This document shows, one piece after another, positions 62,610 to 64,000 of a stretch of 64,000 nt of DNA. The notes under the pieces were generated by a model. It was not told the origin of the DNA. It was given only the letters and a program-made list of their open reading frames with translations, and did no database searches. A program made the position numbers and the translations under genes. The stretch is from Centroscyllium fabricii (Eukaryota), in NCBI GenBank assembly GCA_051313645.2, contig JBNRSN020000009.1:182838001-182902000 (forward strand). Direction: 5' to 3'. Each line of letters starts with the position of its first letter. Position 1 is the stretch's first letter.

Positions 62610-63490
62610 ATAGAAATGCATAGAAGTTGCTACACAGAAACAGGCCAAATACAACACCAAAATAGGCCATTTGGCCCAACCGGTCCATGCTGGTGTTTAT
62701 GCTCCACTCGAGCCTCCTCCCGTTTTTCCTCATTTAACTATCAGCACAACCGCCTATTCCCTTCTCGCTCATAGGCTTGTTCAACTGCCACTTAAATGCG
62801 TCTATTCTATTCGCTTCAACCACTCCGTGTTAGTGAGTTTCACATTCTCACCAATCTCTGGGTGAAGAAGTTTCTACTGAATTCCCTATTGGATTTCTTG
62901 ATGACTATCTGATATTGATGGCCTCCAGTTAGACTCGTCTCCACAAGTGGAAACACTCTCTGTATCTACTCTATCAAAATATTTAATAATTTTAAATATC
63001 TATATTAGGTCACCCCTCAGCCGCCTTTTAGTGATTTGTGTATTTGTACTCCGAAATCGCTTTGCTCCTCTACCCCATTTAGATTCATATTTTTCTTAGC
63101 AAAATGTAATACCTTACATTTATCTGTGTTGAAATTAATTTGCCAATTACATGCCAATTCTGCAAGTTTATTAATATCTTCCTGTAATTTATTGCAGTCC
63201 TCCTCAGTATTGACTATTCCCCAATTTGGTGCCATCCGCAAATTTAGAAATTGTGTTTGTGATTTCAAAGTCTAAATCATTCATATAAATTGTGAACAGC
63301 AGTGGTCCCAGCACTGATCCTTGTGGAACACCACTACCCACCTTCTGCCACTTTGAATAGCTGCCCGTTACTCCCACTCTCTGCTTTCTGTCTTGAAGCC
63401 AGCTAGCTATCCATTCTGCTACTTGTCGCCTGACTCCGCATTCTCTGACCTTATTCATTGGTCTATTATGTGGTACCTTATCGAAGGTAG
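62610..63490 (-). mobile_element. Decayed CR1 LINE fragment
   Basis: FDKVPH, SGVPQGSVLGPLLF, SKFADGTKLG, FNTDKCKVLHF motifs in broken frames. Confidence 0.85.
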
Positions 63491-63641
63491 GCATATAATG
63501 ATACTACATAATTTATAGAATAATGATGCTAAGGATTGGCAATGGAATATTCAAAAGTGTAAAAATGGAGAATTCAGCAAAATCAAGTAAAGTATGGAGC
63601 AAAATGCAACAAGATAACATTTTGATAAAGGGTCGACTCTA

Positions 63642-64000
63642 TGGGGGTGATTTCGCCGGAAGGGCGGGAATCTGGCGGGGATTGGTCAGGGTGGCTTCCG
63701 GTCCCGCCTGCCCAAACAGCTGGGAAGGCCACGCAATTTTAATTTAATTAGGTTGTTAAATCCCCGCCGGCGGCAGTGGGAGGTAATTAGGTCAATTGAG
63801 TCGGGCTGCATCGGGGCTGCGAGGAGTTTGATTGACAGTTCCAGCACTGGTTGTTGTCAGTTCCCATGGAAACACTCCACTGTGACATCACAGTCGAGTG
63901 GAACCAATGGGAAAGGTCAAGTGCTGGTGACTGACAGGTGGGCGGGTGGGCTCAGAATCCTTGACAGCTCGGCATGGCTGTGAGCAAATGTTCAGAGCTG
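63642..64000. mobile_element. MITE left part (2580-3374 family), running off the window
   Basis: Starts GGGGGTGATTTCGCC; near-identical to 2600-2930. Confidence 0.7.

Overview
Repeat-dominated vertebrate genomic DNA, most likely from a cartilaginous fish (shark-type V-SINEs sharing a CR1 3' tail, Deu-type SINEs, CR1/L2/Rex1/RTE LINE fragments, PIF/Harbinger-like and Tc1/mariner-like MITEs). I recognised no host protein-coding exon; most short ORFs in the track are repeat-derived noise. The main content is Ty3/Gypsy LTR retrotransposons. One compact lineage is present as three near-full-length copies (7841-12386 -, 23527-28425 +, 49513-54513 -), one 3'-truncated copy (46051-47378 +) and several solo or partial LTRs. 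Highlight 1: none of these four copies has a tRNA primer-binding site. Instead the 12-15 nt after the 5' LTR are the perfect reverse complement of that copy's own LTR segment ending in A(A/T)TAAAA before a conserved GCC. The sequences differ between copies while the pairing is kept, and the stem closes a two-hairpin U5. The same lineage has YLDN instead of YxDD in RT. Together these suggest a tRNA-independent self-priming (and/or poly(A)-masking) system. Highlight 2: an older, tRNA-Ser-primed Gypsy element (5418-13060) has lost RT/RNase H/integrase and carries, in frame after gag-protease, coiled-coil sequence that resembles host ERC1/ERC2 (ELKS/CAST). All homology calls are from motif recognition by eye, not from database searches.
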